Assembly (NCBI RefSeq): GCF_006345805.1
Contig: NW_021827903.1
Coordinates: forward strand, 1 to 9,646
DNA length: 9,646 bases
Direction of reading: 5' to 3'
Source: Octopus sinensis
Lineage: Eukaryota
The translations under genes and the position numbers were made by a program. The stretch's first letter is position 1. Each line of letters opens with the position of its first letter. The notes below the pieces were generated by a model. It was not told the DNA's origin. It saw only the letters and a list, made by a program, of their open reading frames with translations, and did no database searches. Shown here piece by piece: positions 7,585-9,646 of this stretch.

Positions 7585-7733
7585 AAGTCGATGCCATCGA
7601 CCCAAGTATGTGACCGGTGCTTTATTTTTTCGCCCCCTGAGAGGAGGAAAAGCAAAGTTAAACTCGTCAGGATTGATTTTAAAACCATAAGGCATGTCCG
7701 ATGCTTAAAAGATTCTGTCATTTCCCTGTCCTT
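7585..7733 (-). mobile_element. tRNA-derived SINE, third family, copy 2
   Basis: AAGTCGATGCCATCGACCCAAGT...CCCCTGAGAGGAGGAAAAGCAAAGTTAAACTCG...GATTCTGTCA aligns to the other copies. Confidence 0.7.
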
Positions 7734-7764
7734 AATTTAGGCAGAAGGCGACGTAGTTTTCAGT

Positions 7765-7960
7765 GTGCGGGGAGAGGCTGATGGGAAAAATCTCATTAAG
7801 TAGACCCGATACTCTTTTGTATCGACATCGAAAGGATGAAAGCAAAGCTGACCTCAGTGAGATTTAATCTCTGAACATAAAGAACCAAATAAAAGAAAAG
7901 AAAAGAAAACAGCTAAACATTTTATCCGATGTCCCGACAGTTCAACAACTTTGCCATCTT
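7765..7960 (-). mobile_element. tRNA-derived SINE, third family, copy 3
   Basis: TATCGACATCGAAAGGATGAAAGCAAAGCTGACCTCAGTGAGATTTAATCTCTGAACATAAAG central domain; an (AAAAG)n expansion at about 7888-7909. Confidence 0.72.
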
Positions 7961-8007
7961 CTTAAAAATATAATACATTGTTTTGTTTTTTTTCTTTAGA
8001 CGGCAAT

Positions 8008-8172
8008 ACTTTCGGATGGGGGCGCGTTAGTCGATAGCCTTCGAGCTTAATGCTTAGTTGGTATGCTATTATAAGGTAAAATCGATATCGGCGAGATATG
8101 AACTTGGAATGTAAAGCTTCGTAACTATATGTTGCGAGGTATTTTGCCCAACGTTGTTACGACTCTACCAGT
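8008..8172 (-). mobile_element. tRNA-derived SINE, third family, copy 4
   Basis: TTAGTCGATAGCCTTCGAGC...AATCGATATCGGCGAGATATGAACTTGGAATGTAAAG...GTATTTTGCCCAACGTTGTTACGACTCTACCAG aligns to the other copies. Confidence 0.65.
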
Positions 8173-8195
8173 GTACACACACACACTCTCTCTAT

Positions 8196-8400
8196 TACTC
8201 TCTTTTACTTGTTTCAGTCATTTGACTGCGGCCATGCTGGAGCACAGCCTTCATCGAGCAAATCGATGCCAGGACTTATTCTTTGTAAGCCTTGTACTTA
8301 TTCTATCGGTCTCTTTTGCCGAATCGTGACGGGGACGAAAACACACTACCATCGGTTGTGAAGCGATGTTGGGGGGGGGGACAAACACAGACACACAAAC
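8196..8400 (-). mobile_element. 3' half of CORE-like octopus SINE (low divergence)
   Basis: TACTCTCTTTTACTTGTTTCAGTCATTTGACTGCGGCCATGCTGGAGCAC...GGGGACAAACACAGACACACAAAC closely matches the remembered octopus consensus and the copy at 4243-4432. Confidence 0.9.
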
Positions 8401-8577
8401 ATGTACACAAACACACACACATATATGTATACATATTATATATATATATATAAAATGTTTTGCAAAATAGTGGTTTTGTCTCTAATAATATTTATAACTA
8501 TTTTACTATAAAATTGGATTTAATCCTAATCTGATTTTTTTCCCTGTAAATTTGGATTTATTCCTAATATTTATTAT

Positions 8578-8626
<49 letters not shown>

Positions 8627-8696
8627 TATACATATAATACATATATATATACATACATACATACACAATATATATATATAATATATATCTTATATA

Positions 8697-8731
<35 letters not shown>

Positions 8732-8760
8732 TTATATAAACATATATATAAACATATATA
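8401..8760. repeat. (CA)/(TA)n internal tract of the SINE, interrupted by about 120 bp of AT-rich sequence (8452-8570)
   Basis: TA runs 8420-8451 and 8575-8760. The interruption holds a direct repeat AAATTGGATTTAATCCTAAT (8511-8530) / AAATTTGGATTTATTCCTAAT (8548-8568). Confidence 0.85.
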
Positions 8761-8866
8761 CGACAGGCTTCTTTCTGTTTCTGTCTACCAAATCCACTCA
8801 AAAGTCTTTGGTCGGCCCGAGGCTATAGTAGAAGACACTTCCCCAAGTGAACGAACCCGGAACCAT
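8761..8866 (-). mobile_element. SINE head, 3' portion (B box and CORE-like segment)
   Basis: CGACAGGCTTCTTTCTGTTTCTGTCTACCAAATCCACTC...GGCTATAGTAGAAGACACTTCCCCAAG...AACCCGGAACCAT; minus-strand B-box-like GGTTCGTTCAC at 8847-8857. Confidence 0.9.
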
Positions 8867-9079
8867 TTTGTCATAAAGGCACGAAACAATAGTTCACAAA
8901 AAAAGGAAAGAGAGAATTCAAAAGAAAACAAAAAGGGAAGACCAAAAAGCAAACAGTTCAATAAAAAAAGTCACAAGAGAAGAAGAATACAACAGTTCAA
9001 AGAAACACAGCAAAAAAATCTTTTGGGCATTCAGGTACTCCAAGCCCTATGGTACTCCAGTTAGAACCTGAACTGCTCA

Positions 9080-9330
9080 ACTTGAAATACAGCTTTCCAA
9101 CGTAGTTGTAAAAATGCACACTATTTACAAACAGCGAACGACTTTTGGTGGCATGGTACGTCACCAAACTATACTTCTCACAATGAGAAAAATCATATGA
9201 ACACTTGAAATACAGCTTTCCAATAATGGTAAATGTTGTAAAAACATACACTGTTAAGAAGTGAACAACTTTTGGTTGAAGGATACGCCCACCAAACTGT
9301 ACTTCTCACAATGATAAAAACATTTCATTT
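9080..9330 (+). repeat. Diverged tandem duplication, period about 123-128 bp
   Basis: ACTTGAAATACAGCTTTCCAA at 9080 and 9203; ACTTCTCACAATGA at 9173 and 9301; ACTTTTGGT and CACCAAACT are shared between units; indels break the reading frames. Confidence 0.92.
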
Positions 9331-9453
9331 AATATAAACCATATTGCTGAACCGCAAGCAGACCAACATCCTGAATCCAGTGAGGACTCTTGTTTCTAAA
9401 AAATATAAGCACAGACAACGATCTCCACTGGGCCCAAGAGACAAAGGACTTAC

Positions 9454-9531
9454 CTTGGAGCAGCTTCTTTTGGCGGGCTAAACACTGTCGGCTATATTCT
9501 TCAGAGCACAACTCAACGACACATGCGCACA
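9454..9531 (-). other. Candidate 78-nt cassette exon (unverified)
   Basis: Minus strand TATCTGTTTTCAG|TGTGCG...CTCCAAG|GTAAGT: pyrimidine-rich acceptor and consensus donor. Phase 1-1 with one open frame, CACVVELCSEEYSRQCLARQKKLLQ. No homology recognised. Confidence 0.35.
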
Positions 9532-9546
9532 CTGAAAACAGATACT

Positions 9547-9588
9547 CATGGGTAAGCAAGCTACTTACCACACAGCCACTCCTGCGCC
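9547..9588 (-). mobile_element. SINE head, 5' end (A box)
   Basis: Minus strand GGCGCAGGAGTGGCTGTGTGGTAAGTAGCTTGCTTACC; A-box-like TGGCTGTGTGG at 9568-9578; homologous to 2794-2830. Confidence 0.9.
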
Positions 9589-9646
9589 TATATATATACA
9601 TACATACATACATACATACATAAATACATACGTACATACGTGTGTG
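9589..9646. repeat. (TA)n-(TACA)n microsatellite
   Basis: Direct reading. Confidence 0.95.

Larger units (their letters stand above)
8867..9546. other. 680-bp unclassified insertion inside the SINE head
   Basis: SINE sequence stops at AACCAT (8866) and resumes at CATGGGTAAGC (9547). CAT occurs at both junctions; no TIRs seen at the insert ends. Confidence 0.75.

Noticed and set aside
8869-9548. Solo LTR reading of the insert (TGTCA...CA)
   Set aside because: No 4-6 bp target-site duplication flanks any TG..CA pair; kept only as an alternative to be tested by search.

Overview
AT-rich, microsatellite-saturated eukaryotic non-coding DNA, very probably from an octopus: several repeats match abundant Octopus tRNA-derived SINEs as I remember them (no database search was possible). 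I find no intact protein-coding gene, and most ORFs in the supplied track are translations of microsatellites. The window is a layered transposon graveyard: about seven SINE copies of three types, a solo pogo/Tigger-like terminus, and frameshifted relics of an RTE-like LINE reverse transcriptase, a Penelope-like (Neptune-type) GIY-YIG endonuclease and probably a BEL/Pao integrase zinc finger. Least explained: (i) a 680-bp insert without TIRs that splits a SINE between its A and B boxes and carries a well-formed 78-nt candidate exon plus a ~125-bp tandem duplication; (ii) a near-perfect T-shaped three-way DNA/RNA junction at 6625-6683 next to repeated GC-containing motifs; (iii) a Penelope-like fragment apparently nested in the internal microsatellite of a SINE; (iv) an (AAT)n/(ATT)n fold-back palindrome. 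I see no clear evidence of a new functional system; these are leads.
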